A DNA stretch of 64,000 nt from IMG/VR virus record IMGVR_UViG_3300023184_000024, positions 124,001 through 188,000 of that record, one strand, 5' to 3'. Numbering within the stretch: position 1 is the stretch's first letter; each line of letters opens with the position of its first letter. Below, one piece after another: positions 23,515 through 34,314 of this stretch. The translations under genes and the position numbers were made by a program. The notes under the pieces were generated by a model, which saw nothing but the letters and a program-made list of their open reading frames with translations, ran no database searches and was not told where the DNA came from.

Positions 23515-23803
23515 TGATTGGCTGACGCAATGGGAAATCATTGTTAATGACGTAGAAAAAGAACACATTCCATTGGAGTGTGTTAAAAAAATAGTTTTTA
23601 AATTGGTTAATTCAAAACAAAAAACTATTAATCTACGTGTGTTAAAAAAACAAGGTCTTGATGTTGAAGACATACAAAATGTAGTTCAGAGGTACATTGA
23701 TGCCACTCAAGATCTAATCACTAACATGGAATTTGTGTTAGACATCGAAGCCGTGGCTCAACTTTTACAACCCGAAACAGACCATCTTTTAAAAAATCTA
23801 TGA
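23501..23803 (+). CDS. hypothetical protein
   Basis: MQLSDDW..., coupled to thyX by ATGA overlap. Confidence 0.65.
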   Translation: MQLSDDWLTQWEIIVNDVEKEHIPLECVKKIVFKLVNSKQKTINLRVLKKQGLDVEDIQNVVQRYIDATQDLITNMEFVLDIEAVAQLLQPETDHLLKNL

Positions 23804-24468
23804 ATGTTCGACTACTATCCTATTCACAGCCAACAGAGAAATTTGCAGATATGGGCGTTGCAGATGCGCAGGAACTCATTGCGTATTGCGCCCGTGTCAG
23901 CAATCCCTCCAATCAGCTCAACACAGAGACGTCAGACAAACTTATTAGATACTTGGTCAAGCACCAACACTGGAGCCCACTTGAAATGGTCTCAGCCTGT
24001 CTCGAAATTACCACAACCCGAGACATTGCTAGACAGATCCTTAGACACAGAAGCTTTAGTTTCCAAGAGTTCAGTCAACGCTATGCTGACCCAACGAAAG
24101 ATCTCAATTTTGTTACAAGAGAAGCTAGACTCCAAGACCCCAAGAACAGACAGAACAGCGTCGAAGTAGATGATCAACTGTTACAAAATGAATGGTACAG
24201 AGCTCAACAACGAGTCATCTATGCTGCCAAAAGAGAATACGAGTGGGCTATTAAGAATGGCATAGCCAAGGAACAAGCTCGTGCAGTATTACCCGAAGGC
24301 TTGATCGAAAGTCGTTTATATATGAATGGTACCTTGCGTTCGTGGATTCACTTCATCGAATTACGCAGTGCCAATGGTACACAAAAAGAACATCAAGAAG
24401 TTGCAATTGCATGCGCACAAGCTATTGCTAATATTTTCCCAATGACCACTGAGTTTATCGCTGGTTAA
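23800..24468 (+). CDS. thyX: FAD-dependent thymidylate synthase
   Basis: HWSPLE and RHRSFSFQEFSQRY ThyX motif. Confidence 0.95.
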   Translation: MNVRLLSYSQPTEKFADMGVADAQELIAYCARVSNPSNQLNTETSDKLIRYLVKHQHWSPLEMVSACLEITTTRDIARQILRHRSFSFQEFSQRYADPTKDLNFVTREARLQDPKNRQNSVEVDDQLLQNEWYRAQQRVIYAAKREYEWAIKNGIAKEQARAVLPEGLIESRLYMNGTLRSWIHFIELRSANGTQKEHQEVAIACAQAIANIFPMTTEFIAG

Positions 24469-24477
24469 TTTCATGGC

Positions 24478-25359
24478 ATGATAGAAACTCTTTGGCAACA
24501 GTTTTATAACAATGTTAAAGATACGTCCTGGCCCGACTGCCCAACAGAACAGGATTTTGATCAGTTGCCCGACCACATTAAACAAGAAATACTTGTACAA
24601 CACAACGGCGGCAAGTATCTAACTCGGTCAAATCAAAAATCCAACACCGACTTATTACACTATAATCCTATTTTAGAAACTGAAAACGATCAAAATCAGG
24701 ATTATCTGTATCAAGTCGATTTTGAACCCGAATGTGCAAAAACATTTGATGCCAATGGTATATGTGTGCACTACGATGCCTACATGGATTACGGTGGCAA
24801 GGATTTTGGGCAAAACTACTCTAGGGTAATACAACACATACACCCGGGCAGAAAATTTAACCATTGCCTTGAATGGTGCGCTGGTTCCGGTGCTGTGGGA
24901 TTTCGATTGTTGGCCGATGATGTTTGCACATATCTCGATTTAGCAGACATATATCAACCCAGTTTATCGGCTTGCAAAAAAACTATTGCCAACTTGGATA
25001 AAAAATATCAAGGTCGAGCAACTACTCATCATATTCAATACTTAGAATCTATACCACAAAATTGCACTTACGACTTAATTGTAGGAATCCCTCCTTGGTT
25101 TAGTCGTCGGGTATTCGGGTCAAGTGGTTACGAAACACGCCGAGGTATTGACACAAATTGGCAAATACACAACAACTTCTTTTCAAACGTTGGTAAGTAT
25201 TTAGATCCCAATGGATCTATATTATTATTGGAGAATCCTTGGGGCTCGGGCCCAGATGATTTTGCAGAAATCATTGACAAAAGTGGACTAAAGATAGTAC
25301 AATGTTTCATGGAACAACAAGAACGTAACTATTATTACCTTGAAGTAAAGCATCAATAA
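24478..25359 (+). CDS. SAM-dependent methyltransferase (HemK-like motifs)
   Basis: LEWCAGSGAVG, YDLIVGIPPWF. Confidence 0.75.
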   Translation: MIETLWQQFYNNVKDTSWPDCPTEQDFDQLPDHIKQEILVQHNGGKYLTRSNQKSNTDLLHYNPILETENDQNQDYLYQVDFEPECAKTFDANGICVHYDAYMDYGGKDFGQNYSRVIQHIHPGRKFNHCLEWCAGSGAVGFRLLADDVCTYLDLADIYQPSLSACKKTIANLDKKYQGRATTHHIQYLESIPQNCTYDLIVGIPPWFSRRVFGSSGYETRRGIDTNWQIHNNFFSNVGKYLDPNGSILLLENPWGSGPDDFAEIIDKSGLKIVQCFMEQQERNYYYLEVKHQ

Positions 25360-25361
25360 CA

Positions 25362-25685
25362 ATGGCACGAACTCAGGACGATGAGCTAACGCTCTACAAA
25401 AAAGAAGAGGTTAAGGTCATCGGTGATCGGGCTGTGCGTTTTCGTGACGTATGTGTGCACGAATTCAAAATGGGTGATGTTGATGACGTTGAAATTTATG
25501 CGGCTGAACCAATTTGGAAGTGGCAGCAAACAGAAGCAGGCAAATGGGTCATGGAAAATGCTTTTGAGCCGCCTTACTGGATACGTCAATCTGACTATGC
25601 CACGTGGGGACATGTATATCGTATCATGGCCAGACTAAGCGAACAACACGAAACCTTCTGGACATTAAAATGGGGCAACAAATGA
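25362..25685 (+). CDS. hypothetical protein
   Basis: 107-aa ORF in operon. Confidence 0.7.
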   Translation: MARTQDDELTLYKKEEVKVIGDRAVRFRDVCVHEFKMGDVDDVEIYAAEPIWKWQQTEAGKWVMENAFEPPYWIRQSDYATWGHVYRIMARLSEQHETFWTLKWGNK

Positions 25686-26650
25686 AAATATTAGTAACAG
25701 GCGGCCTAGGTCTCATCGGGCACAACGTTGTGCAACGATTAGAAGCTCTAGAGCACGAAGTAATCATCACCGACACTCGTACAACCTACGGCATCATCCC
25801 GCAGACAGAGATTGATTACTTGATGACGGAACGATTAAAGAAGATATCAGGCAACAACATTTATCACATTGATATCACTAATGCTGACAACGTTGATTGG
25901 CTAGTAAACAAGCACAAGCCAGAAGTCATCATCCATATGGCAAGCTTTCCCCGACAGAAAGTTGTCAACGCTAATCCTGCATGGGGAAGTCGTGTTATGA
26001 TGGAAGGCTTGATCAATGTTTGTGAGAGTGCCAAAAAGCACAATGTACAACGTGTAGTGTACATTTCTAGCTCAATGGTGTACGGCGACTTTGAAGATCA
26101 AGTCGAAGAAGACTACAACTGCCGGCCTATTGGGCAGTATGGCATTATGAAATTAACAGGAGAAGACATTGTCAAAGATTATCATCGTCGCGGCGCTTTT
26201 GATTATGCTATTATACGTCCCAGTGCAGTTTATGGACCGCTTGACGTCGAAGACCGAGTTGTTGCCAAATTCATGCTCACAGCCATGCGAGGTGGAACCC
26301 TCAAGGTCAATGGAGCAGGGGAGACGCTAGACTTTACCTATGTGGATGATGCCGCTGATGGTATTGTGGCAGCTGCCACCCTTGACCATGCTGGCAACAA
26401 TACCTACAATATTACTAAAAGTCATTCAGTGAGCTTGTTAGAAGCCGCTGAAATGATTGTGAAGATTGTGGGGCAGGGCGAGATTGAGTGCAGAGACAAA
26501 GATGCAGACTTTCCCAGTCGTGGTGCATTAAACATTGATCGTGCAAAAACTATCTTGGGCTACGATCCCCGAGTAGATGTAGAGGAAGGATTCCAAAATT
26601 ACTTCAACTGGCTTAACAATTCCGTTTACTGGTCTCCGAAAACAGTATAA
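25682..26650 (+). CDS. NAD-dependent nucleotide-sugar epimerase/dehydratase
   Basis: ILVTGGLGLIG, ISSSMVYG, YGIMK (YxxxK), DFTYVDD. Confidence 0.92.
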   Translation: MKILVTGGLGLIGHNVVQRLEALEHEVIITDTRTTYGIIPQTEIDYLMTERLKKISGNNIYHIDITNADNVDWLVNKHKPEVIIHMASFPRQKVVNANPAWGSRVMMEGLINVCESAKKHNVQRVVYISSSMVYGDFEDQVEEDYNCRPIGQYGIMKLTGEDIVKDYHRRGAFDYAIIRPSAVYGPLDVEDRVVAKFMLTAMRGGTLKVNGAGETLDFTYVDDAADGIVAAATLDHAGNNTYNITKSHSVSLLEAAEMIVKIVGQGEIECRDKDADFPSRGALNIDRAKTILGYDPRVDVEEGFQNYFNWLNNSVYWSPKTV

Positions 26651-27710
26651 CAATCTCCGTACAGAGATTTTAGATGCCACCGACGAGGTGCTTCGCAGTG
26701 GCCAACTCATGAACGGAAATAACACCGCAGAATTTGAAGATTGGCTTGCTAAAAAGAATCATGTGCGTTATGCAGTGACTTGTCATTCGGGCACACATGC
26801 GCTTGAGATTTTAGCCAGTTACTGGGCAACATGCGACCGGCTTGGGCCGCATCCTCCTACGGTGTTGATCCCCTCAATGACGTATGTGGCCACTGCCAAT
26901 GCATTTATACGTACAGGATGGGACGTACACATCATTGACACTGATGCACATGGGCTGATTGATATTAACAAAATACCACATGGTCTGAGTTATCAAGCTG
27001 TTGTGTTAGTTGGACTGTATGGTGCATCTGTCACACATCATGGCAACTATCGTGCATGGAACGAATGGTTGCGTCATGACACTGTTGTTATAGAAGATGC
27101 CGCACAACACTGGCTTTCTGCTGACTGCACAAGAACTGGACGTGGTGGCGGTGCTATTAGTTTTGACCCTATGAAAAATCTTGCCAGTTACGGCAATGGC
27201 GGTGCTGTGGTCACTGACAATATTGACTTGGCAGAATATGCCAGAGTTTGGAGAGACAACGGTAAACCTGCACATCGCAATACCGGAACCAATAGTCGTA
27301 TGAGTGAACTAGATTGCGCCCACATGTTAGTTAAATCTCGGCACATTGATCGTTGGCAGGCCCGTAGACAAAAAATTGCAGACCACTGGCGTGAACGATT
27401 CAAGGACACAGGTATACGTTGTTTAATTGATGATTCTAACGCACACAATCATGCTGTGCATAAGTTTGTAATAGATGTCAACGGGCGCGATACTTTAAAA
27501 GCAAACCTTGCATTGCGCAAAATTGATACACGAGTGCATTATGCAAATCCCTTGCACGAATTGCCGTTGTATAGATCCTATCCTGGTCCAGATATGTTGG
27601 CTGTGAGCTCTAGTTTTGCTCGTCGTGTACTGAGCTTGCCTATCTACCCTGAGCTGACAGACTTAGAAGTTGAATATATCAGCGATCAGGTGTTAGGCTG
27701 CGTCGCATAA
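26598..27710 (+). CDS. DegT/DnrJ/EryC1/StrS PLP-dependent sugar aminotransferase
   Basis: SGTHAL, IEDAAQ, SFDPMKNL, SLPIYP; conserved IPFTGLRKQY N-terminus lies upstream of GTG 26688; start inferred at ATT 26598. Confidence 0.88.
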   Translation: MTSTGLTIPFTGLRKQYNNLRTEILDATDEVLRSGQLMNGNNTAEFEDWLAKKNHVRYAVTCHSGTHALEILASYWATCDRLGPHPPTVLIPSMTYVATANAFIRTGWDVHIIDTDAHGLIDINKIPHGLSYQAVVLVGLYGASVTHHGNYRAWNEWLRHDTVVIEDAAQHWLSADCTRTGRGGGAISFDPMKNLASYGNGGAVVTDNIDLAEYARVWRDNGKPAHRNTGTNSRMSELDCAHMLVKSRHIDRWQARRQKIADHWRERFKDTGIRCLIDDSNAHNHAVHKFVIDVNGRDTLKANLALRKIDTRVHYANPLHELPLYRSYPGPDMLAVSSSFARRVLSLPIYPELTDLEVEYISDQVLGCVA

Positions 27711-29508
27711 ATGCATAGCTTGCAAGCCATTCCCACTCATAGCTCTTTTTAAGGGCTTCAAAATCCCCGCCCACTTCATTGTAGTATTCCACAGCGTCTT
27801 GTGCACCTTTGTGACTCCAGTGTCCATTTGCAATGGTACCCGAATCTTCTCTCAACCAAGCCTTTAATCTATATTCGTTCTCTATGTCTGGCAGACTATG
27901 TTGTAGTTTTAACACTTCACGGAATGCTGTGCGCCATGCCATCCAAGGTGATTCAGCATAGTTAGCTGTGCCTGATATGATGGGCACAACTTCATGTGGC
28001 TGTTCTAGTGTAAAGTCTAATCCATCCCCCACGGTTTCTAACACTAATTTCTTGTTGTAAGCAATCATGGCTTGATGACCATATACCAAGCCATTTACAG
28101 GATTGCCAGCATGGAAAATATAGTGCTTGGCTTGTTGCATACGATCAGGTTGCCAGTTCCAATCAAATCTGTGATCTACTTCTAGCTTGGCAAACACAGC
28201 AAAGAACCAAGGCGTTGTGCTTAATCTGGCAGCGGTTTGATATGCTGCCACACGACCGTTTACACCTGCACTGTGATGAATGTGATTGCAGTCCAACCCC
28301 TCCATTTGTACTGCCCACACCAAGTGTTGGTAATTAAACTCAGCATAAGGTTCGCCATTGCTGATAAACACAATGTCCAACGGCTGGTCCTTTAGTGCCC
28401 TGTGTGTTTTGTCAATGTAAGGATAATCATACAACTGTGTCTTAATGTACGGAACTGCTGTCTTGGGGACAACTGTGCTTGTGGCACCCATACTTAAGGG
28501 AACAATTGTTTTAGTTTTTTCTCTCCATAGCGGAACAATCACCGTGTTGTGTTGTACATAATCTGTGTTTGTAAATATTGCCAATGGTCCTTTAAACTCT
28601 AAACTACGCACGGCATCGGCCTGACTGTCATAGTTATGGTGTATAACCGGCATAGGTCTACGTGGAACCGGAGTACCAATGAAATTACAGTCATACCATT
28701 CTAACAATTCAAATTGATTGGCACGTTGAACAAACGTAGGTACATGCATGAAAAAAGTGTCGCCAAATTTTTCGGTGTTGCTGGCAAAAACATGCAACAT
28801 TGTCGCTTGCCATTGTTCAGGATGCCAACTGAAATCAAAATTTGAGTAATCACACACGCTTGAACATATCCAAATAAACTCATGTTGTTCTACGTCAGCA
28901 TTTTTTGCAATGCGTTTTAATGTGTCAAAATAATTGTCAAAATATCTAACACACTTTGTGGTATTGGCAATTTGCCCAACATTCCCATCCATGTGATCAA
29001 TTTCGTAAATTGCTGTGGCAACACGATTAGATTTTGCTTGTATCTGATCAACAAACTTAATATCAGTTGCACCCGGAATACAGTACTGTGGGCCGCCTGT
29101 GCGTTGATGTTGTGTGCCAAATTGATAAATGTAAGGAGGATCAGTTGGGTCTGGATGCCAGCTGAAATCAAAGTTTGTAACATCCACTCCCAAAGGTACT
29201 TTCCAATATTTGTCCGTGTCGACTCTTTTTAAAATTTGATCGTTATGATAATTAGTATCAGTGTAGCCCAATTTTGGTATTAAGTACGTACCTGAATCTT
29301 TTTGCCACTGGCTTGCCCAGGCATGCCGTTGACTTGACTGCCAGGGGGCTGGCTCCCAAAGCCAATTCCACCCAGTGTAGTCTACTAAGTAGTTTAAAAT
29401 CCAGAAATATCTTGTGCGTGATAATTGTTGAGCTTGTTCAATGCTTGTCACTGCCCGTTCGTGAGGGAACAAGTTTGGGGGGTTTCCGATATAAAAAACA
29501 TCAAACAT
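27679..29508 (-). CDS. glycosyltransferase-like multidomain protein
   Basis: internal repeats F.W.P..WQ; C-terminal domain paralogous to 44687..45613. Confidence 0.6.
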   Translation of the reverse strand: MFDVFYIGNPPNLFPHERAVTSIEQAQQLSRTRYFWILNYLVDYTGWNWLWEPAPWQSSQRHAWASQWQKDSGTYLIPKLGYTDTNYHNDQILKRVDTDKYWKVPLGVDVTNFDFSWHPDPTDPPYIYQFGTQHQRTGGPQYCIPGATDIKFVDQIQAKSNRVATAIYEIDHMDGNVGQIANTTKCVRYFDNYFDTLKRIAKNADVEQHEFIWICSSVCDYSNFDFSWHPEQWQATMLHVFASNTEKFGDTFFMHVPTFVQRANQFELLEWYDCNFIGTPVPRRPMPVIHHNYDSQADAVRSLEFKGPLAIFTNTDYVQHNTVIVPLWREKTKTIVPLSMGATSTVVPKTAVPYIKTQLYDYPYIDKTHRALKDQPLDIVFISNGEPYAEFNYQHLVWAVQMEGLDCNHIHHSAGVNGRVAAYQTAARLSTTPWFFAVFAKLEVDHRFDWNWQPDRMQQAKHYIFHAGNPVNGLVYGHQAMIAYNKKLVLETVGDGLDFTLEQPHEVVPIISGTANYAESPWMAWRTAFREVLKLQHSLPDIENEYRLKAWLREDSGTIANGHWSHKGAQDAVEYYNEVGGDFEALKKSYEWEWLASYAFMRRSLTPDR

Positions 29509-30628
29509 GATCAGAATCGACGAAATTTACAATAATACATTTTGGCCTTTTATCAAAAAAAATCTACCATTAACTCGTATGTGGTTTCACGACCCACCCG
29601 GGTCAACCGCAGTCGACACGCTGATGGTCAATGGCAACGGCAATTCTCGCACAGAGTTTAATTATATATTGTTTCACGACCAAGAGCCAATATATCCGGA
29701 CATACACAGAGAATTATTTGTTCAAATTGAGATGCTAAACTCTGATCTTTGTGACATGAACTTTGGGGCAATCAGAAAAGGCATTGTCACCAGTGAATAC
29801 AACAGCGATGCGCTAAAGCATATATGCAACCTCAATCAGTGGAACAGCTATTATTATTTTTTCCACGGTTGGGCAGCCTTAGATTGGTATCGTGGATATG
29901 ACAAAACTTACTTGATGTCTGCACCCGAAGATCGTGTGTGCAACAAGGCATTCATTAATCCCAACAGAATCATAGGTGGTAAACGAGATCATCGAGTTTT
30001 GTTAATGTATCATATTTTAAAAAGCCAAAGTTTAGATGCGTGGATTAGCTGTCCAAAAGTTTGTCCGGTTGAAGATATGTCTATAAATGACATTGCCATG
30101 AAATTTATTCCAAGGTACAATGACATTGTTGATGTGCTATCCAGCGCAACCTTGCCCATGCACATGCCCGATGAATATGATCATCCCATGCACAGTTGTT
30201 GGTTAAGCTTGTTTGACCAATGCAACGAAACCCTGGCATACGTGGTCACCGAAACTGCGTTTTTTGGGCGTAAGAATCATTTAACTGAAAAAACATTTAA
30301 ACCTATTTGTTTACGCATGCCTTTTGTACTGGCATCAACTGCTGGCAGTCTTGAATACTTAAAAATGTATGGATTTAAAACATTCGATAGTATCTGGGAT
30401 GAAAGCTATGATTCAGAAACAGATGATCTTTTGAGATTGGAAAAAATAGCCGCGTTGTTGAAATCGTTGAATGACTTGTCTGTGGACCAACGAACTAGTA
30501 TGCTCAAAGCTTGTATACCGATATTAGAACATAATTATCAACATTTCTATGGCGGTGGATTTGAAAAAATCCTCTGGGCCGAGTTACAAGGTATGTTAAA
30601 TCAAATGCAAATTGATTATAGTCTATGA
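29507..30628 (+). CDS. glycosyltransferase-like protein (GT10-like TEK motif)
   Basis: VVTET...LTEKTFKP...PF, GFKTF..IWDESYD. Confidence 0.55.
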   Translation: MIRIDEIYNNTFWPFIKKNLPLTRMWFHDPPGSTAVDTLMVNGNGNSRTEFNYILFHDQEPIYPDIHRELFVQIEMLNSDLCDMNFGAIRKGIVTSEYNSDALKHICNLNQWNSYYYFFHGWAALDWYRGYDKTYLMSAPEDRVCNKAFINPNRIIGGKRDHRVLLMYHILKSQSLDAWISCPKVCPVEDMSINDIAMKFIPRYNDIVDVLSSATLPMHMPDEYDHPMHSCWLSLFDQCNETLAYVVTETAFFGRKNHLTEKTFKPICLRMPFVLASTAGSLEYLKMYGFKTFDSIWDESYDSETDDLLRLEKIAALLKSLNDLSVDQRTSMLKACIPILEHNYQHFYGGGFEKILWAELQGMLNQMQIDYSL

Positions 30629-31809
30629 TAAGTTTTTGCTATGACAAGTTAGCACAACCCGACATTGGTTATCCAAATTTGGCACGGCACCAGGCGCAAC
30701 CCTATACAACAGGCTGGAGAGAATTTGACCATCATTGGCCAAGAACTACACCTCTTAGACTATTAATGTACTTGCGGCAAGCATCTATTCCATTTACGGT
30801 AGTTACTGTAAACTCTAATTCGGTTGCCGGCTCCTGGTATCCGATCGCACTGGCCTGGTTTGATTTTTCACTGGATTATTTTGAACTTTTAACACCAACT
30901 GTTCGCCAGTTGTTGTCTAATAAAGTTGTTAAAATTCTATTTTACTATCACGAAGGTGATAATCCAGTGCGCATCAAGCATCGGCTCGATGACCTTTGCC
31001 GGCAACATCAACTGCCCGATGACTGTTATTTTTTTGTTAGTGCAAATACTGCTGCCAGCAAATTAAAAAACTTTGCTTATTTTTCTGAACATGAATTCTT
31101 TTTTAGATATGTTAACCGCTATCAACAAGCAAAGTTTGTTGGCACTAGGTCTAAAATTTTTACTGCATTAAATAGAACTCATAAATGGTGGCGTGCCAGC
31201 TGTATGAGTGATTTATATTTTTCTGGGTTGCTCGAAAACAGCACATGGAGTTATAACACCGATTGTACCATCAACGACAACGAGGACGACAACCCGCTTG
31301 AACTGGATTCAGTAGATAGGTGGAGAGATAATGTACATAATTTTATAAATCAAGGTCCATATACCTGCGACAATTATACCAGCGCCAGTCACAACGATCA
31401 TCATGACGTCAACGTTGAGTTATATCAAAGTTACTGTCATATTGTGCTTGAAACACACTTTGATGCTGACCAAAGCCAAGGAACGTTTATAACAGAAAAA
31501 ACCTGGAAGGTAATTAAATATGGGCAACCATTTGTTATAATTGGTCCTGTTGGTAGTCTTCAATCCTTGCGTGATTCAGGCTATCGCGTGTTTGATCATG
31601 CAATTGACAACTCTTACGATGGCATAGTTGACAACACACAACGATGGTTTGCTGTTAAAAAAGCATTGACTGCTGTACAAAACTCCAACTTACCAAAATG
31701 GTTCGACACGTGTCAATCAGATATTCAACACAATCAACAATTATTTGATAGTCGTCTGTTTTTGCCATTAAATATCTTACTAGGACAAATAAATGAACAA
31801 CATAGTTAG
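30625..31809 (+). CDS. glycosyltransferase-like protein (GT10-like TEK motif)
   Basis: IVLET...ITEKTWK...QPF, GYRVF..IDNSYD. Confidence 0.55.
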   Translation: MISFCYDKLAQPDIGYPNLARHQAQPYTTGWREFDHHWPRTTPLRLLMYLRQASIPFTVVTVNSNSVAGSWYPIALAWFDFSLDYFELLTPTVRQLLSNKVVKILFYYHEGDNPVRIKHRLDDLCRQHQLPDDCYFFVSANTAASKLKNFAYFSEHEFFFRYVNRYQQAKFVGTRSKIFTALNRTHKWWRASCMSDLYFSGLLENSTWSYNTDCTINDNEDDNPLELDSVDRWRDNVHNFINQGPYTCDNYTSASHNDHHDVNVELYQSYCHIVLETHFDADQSQGTFITEKTWKVIKYGQPFVIIGPVGSLQSLRDSGYRVFDHAIDNSYDGIVDNTQRWFAVKKALTAVQNSNLPKWFDTCQSDIQHNQQLFDSRLFLPLNILLGQINEQHS

Positions 31810-32833
31810 CAGTTACACAAGTTGGCAACCATTAGAGGAAGTAATTGTTGGGCGGGTATACACTCCAGATTATTTTAGCTTTATTGATAATCCCAACGTT
31901 CGTTCACAATTGGGGCAAATACTTGAGGAATCAGCAGAGGACCTTGACAATTTGCAACGCACCATTGAGCAGTACGGTGCCAAGGTTCGTAGACCCGAAT
32001 TGCCTGATATTAACAAATTTCACAATAATCAAATTAGAGACCAAGGTGTTCCTATCCCGCCGTTGACTCCTAGAGACTGGCAAATTACCATGGGAGAAAA
32101 ATTACTGCGAGTATTAAACGTAGACGAAATGACTAACATTTGTCGGGAGTATGAAAATGCACAACCGGGGTGCGTAGTCTCGCCACATCAAAATAGATAT
32201 CAGCCTGATCATGTCATGGCCAATGCTGTGGCTAGTTGTATTGTGCGGGTCGGTACTGATGTGTTTTTTGACAACTCGGAATGGATGACAACTGATCAAA
32301 TGCATTGGATCAGGGACAATGTGCTGGATTCAAGATATCGTGTTCGCAGAGCAGTTACCAACGGTCACGGTGATGCTGTGTTTGCAATTTTAAAACCTGG
32401 TGTTATTATCAGCAGTATACACGATGCAGATATTAACTATAAACAAGATTTTCCTGGATGGGAAGTGTATAAAGTATGGGATCCAACTATCTGGGCTGCC
32501 ATGGAAATAGGCAAATTTAAATATGAAACCAGTCCTGGTGCATGGTACGTGCAAGGGCAAACTCCTTCGCCCGAGTTCACTGACTTTGTCAACACTTACT
32601 TGACCAAGTGGACTGGATTTGTTGCCGAAACAGTGTTTGATGTCAACTGTTTGGTGCTCGATGAGTCACATGTGATTTTCAGTAGCTACAATCAAGGTGT
32701 GTTTGATTTTTGCAGAAAACACAAAATTGAACCTATTATATCTGAACTTCGACACAAGTATTTTTGGGACGGTGGTATCAGTTGTTGTACCCAGGACGTT
32801 CGACGTCGTGGTGGATTAGAAACTTATCTCTAA
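31793..32833 (+). CDS. amidinotransferase family protein
   Basis: W.PLEEVIVGR, TPRD, GHGD, FDVN.L, WDGGISCCT catalytic Cys region. Confidence 0.85.
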   Translation: MNNIVSSYTSWQPLEEVIVGRVYTPDYFSFIDNPNVRSQLGQILEESAEDLDNLQRTIEQYGAKVRRPELPDINKFHNNQIRDQGVPIPPLTPRDWQITMGEKLLRVLNVDEMTNICREYENAQPGCVVSPHQNRYQPDHVMANAVASCIVRVGTDVFFDNSEWMTTDQMHWIRDNVLDSRYRVRRAVTNGHGDAVFAILKPGVIISSIHDADINYKQDFPGWEVYKVWDPTIWAAMEIGKFKYETSPGAWYVQGQTPSPEFTDFVNTYLTKWTGFVAETVFDVNCLVLDESHVIFSSYNQGVFDFCRKHKIEPIISELRHKYFWDGGISCCTQDVRRRGGLETYL

Positions 32834-32835
32834 TC

Positions 32836-34314
32836 TCATGAGCAAACCTTTACTCCATATAGTGCTTCAAAACGATCTGCGTCGTTGCGATCATTGACTA
32901 TGGGTTCGCCCCTAACATTCAAACTGGTGTTCAACAACATGGGACAACCGGTCTTTGCATACCAAGCTTCTAGTAGTTGTCTAATTCCACTTCCATCTCG
33001 CGGCACAGTCTGTACACGACTAGTGTTGTCAACATGACACACAGCAGGAAATAGGTCAGGATGCCGGCAACGAGCGATTGACTGCATGTACCTACTAGTA
33101 CCGAAGCCATGAGGCATATCAAAGTAATTGTCAACATGCTCTTCCAAAATGACTGGCGCAAATGGTCTGAATTTTTGTCTACGTTTGATTTCATTTACAC
33201 GATCCTTGATGTCTATGCCACGCGGGTCAGCGAGTAGACTGCGGTTACCCAACGCACGGGGTCCGAACTCGGCTCGACCACTAGCAACCCCAACAATCCC
33301 AGTATCCAATAGATGAGCCATTGCAGTGTGGACAGGATAAGGGCCAGTAATGTTGCGGCCCAAAAAAGCAGTGTGCCAATGTAAACGGCCACCGTGGGCA
33401 AGAGCGGCGGCGCCAAGACTAGAACCAGCATCGCCAGGACAAGGTAGTATCCAAATTTTTTCAAAATATTTTCCCAAATGTCTATTGGCCAGGCAATTTA
33501 GTGCAACCCCGCCCATGTATACAAGATTTGTGCTCCACCCAAAATTTCTTGCACGTTGCATGACGTTTTGAATTAGATCTTCAGTGATCAACTGTGCCGC
33601 ACATGCAATATCTTCGTTGGTGGCTGATTCTAAAAATGTCGAGTCAAACCCAACATGCAAATTGTTAGCAAATTCAATGTTTTCAAAATCCTTGATAACG
33701 TTTGTGGCCATACTGCGATACCATGTATCTTTGCCCCAGGCGGCCATGCCCATGGTGATGTATTCTTCGTCTAAGGGGTGTAACCCCACCCTGCTAGTAA
33801 TTGCACTGTAGAACAGTCCAATTGAATGCGGATAATTTTTTTGCCAAAGTTTACGATACTTTGCCATGCCTGTTTGATCATATTCTGCTCCCCAAATTGT
33901 TATAGTTTCCCATTCGCCAATGGCGTCAATTACAACCACCGTGGCTCGTTGATAGGGACTGGTTTGAAATCCAGCGGCTGCATGACTGAGATGATGATTG
34001 TAGTTGAGCACACGCTCAGGCTCAATTTGACCGCCCAGTTGTTTTTTTAATATTTGCTGTACAGTAAATTTGTCCCACTCAATGCCCTGTCCTGCATACC
34101 ATTGACGCAGTTGTTTCAGCCAAGGACGTTCGTAGTATGCAACCACATCTGGCCCATGTTCCAGCACATCATCCAACAGTCCTTGGCAAAAGTCAGGATC
34201 GTTTTTCTTTTTTGAGTAACGTTCTGAATGTCCAGCAAACAATATCTCCCCGTTGGGAGAAATCACAGTTGCGGCTGCATCATGGAATCCGGCACTGATA
34301 CCTAGTATATTCAT
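32836..34314 (-). CDS. carbamoyltransferase, NodU/CmcH/TobZ family
   Basis: HDAAA, HHLSHA, GGVALNC, GRAEFGPRALGNRS, RPFAP, LNTSLN. Confidence 0.95.
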   Translation of the reverse strand: MNILGISAGFHDAAATVISPNGEILFAGHSERYSKKKNDPDFCQGLLDDVLEHGPDVVAYYERPWLKQLRQWYAGQGIEWDKFTVQQILKKQLGGQIEPERVLNYNHHLSHAAAGFQTSPYQRATVVVIDAIGEWETITIWGAEYDQTGMAKYRKLWQKNYPHSIGLFYSAITSRVGLHPLDEEYITMGMAAWGKDTWYRSMATNVIKDFENIEFANNLHVGFDSTFLESATNEDIACAAQLITEDLIQNVMQRARNFGWSTNLVYMGGVALNCLANRHLGKYFEKIWILPCPGDAGSSLGAAALAHGGRLHWHTAFLGRNITGPYPVHTAMAHLLDTGIVGVASGRAEFGPRALGNRSLLADPRGIDIKDRVNEIKRRQKFRPFAPVILEEHVDNYFDMPHGFGTSRYMQSIARCRHPDLFPAVCHVDNTSRVQTVPRDGSGIRQLLEAWYAKTGCPMLLNTSLNVRGEPIVNDRNDADRFEALYGVKVCS

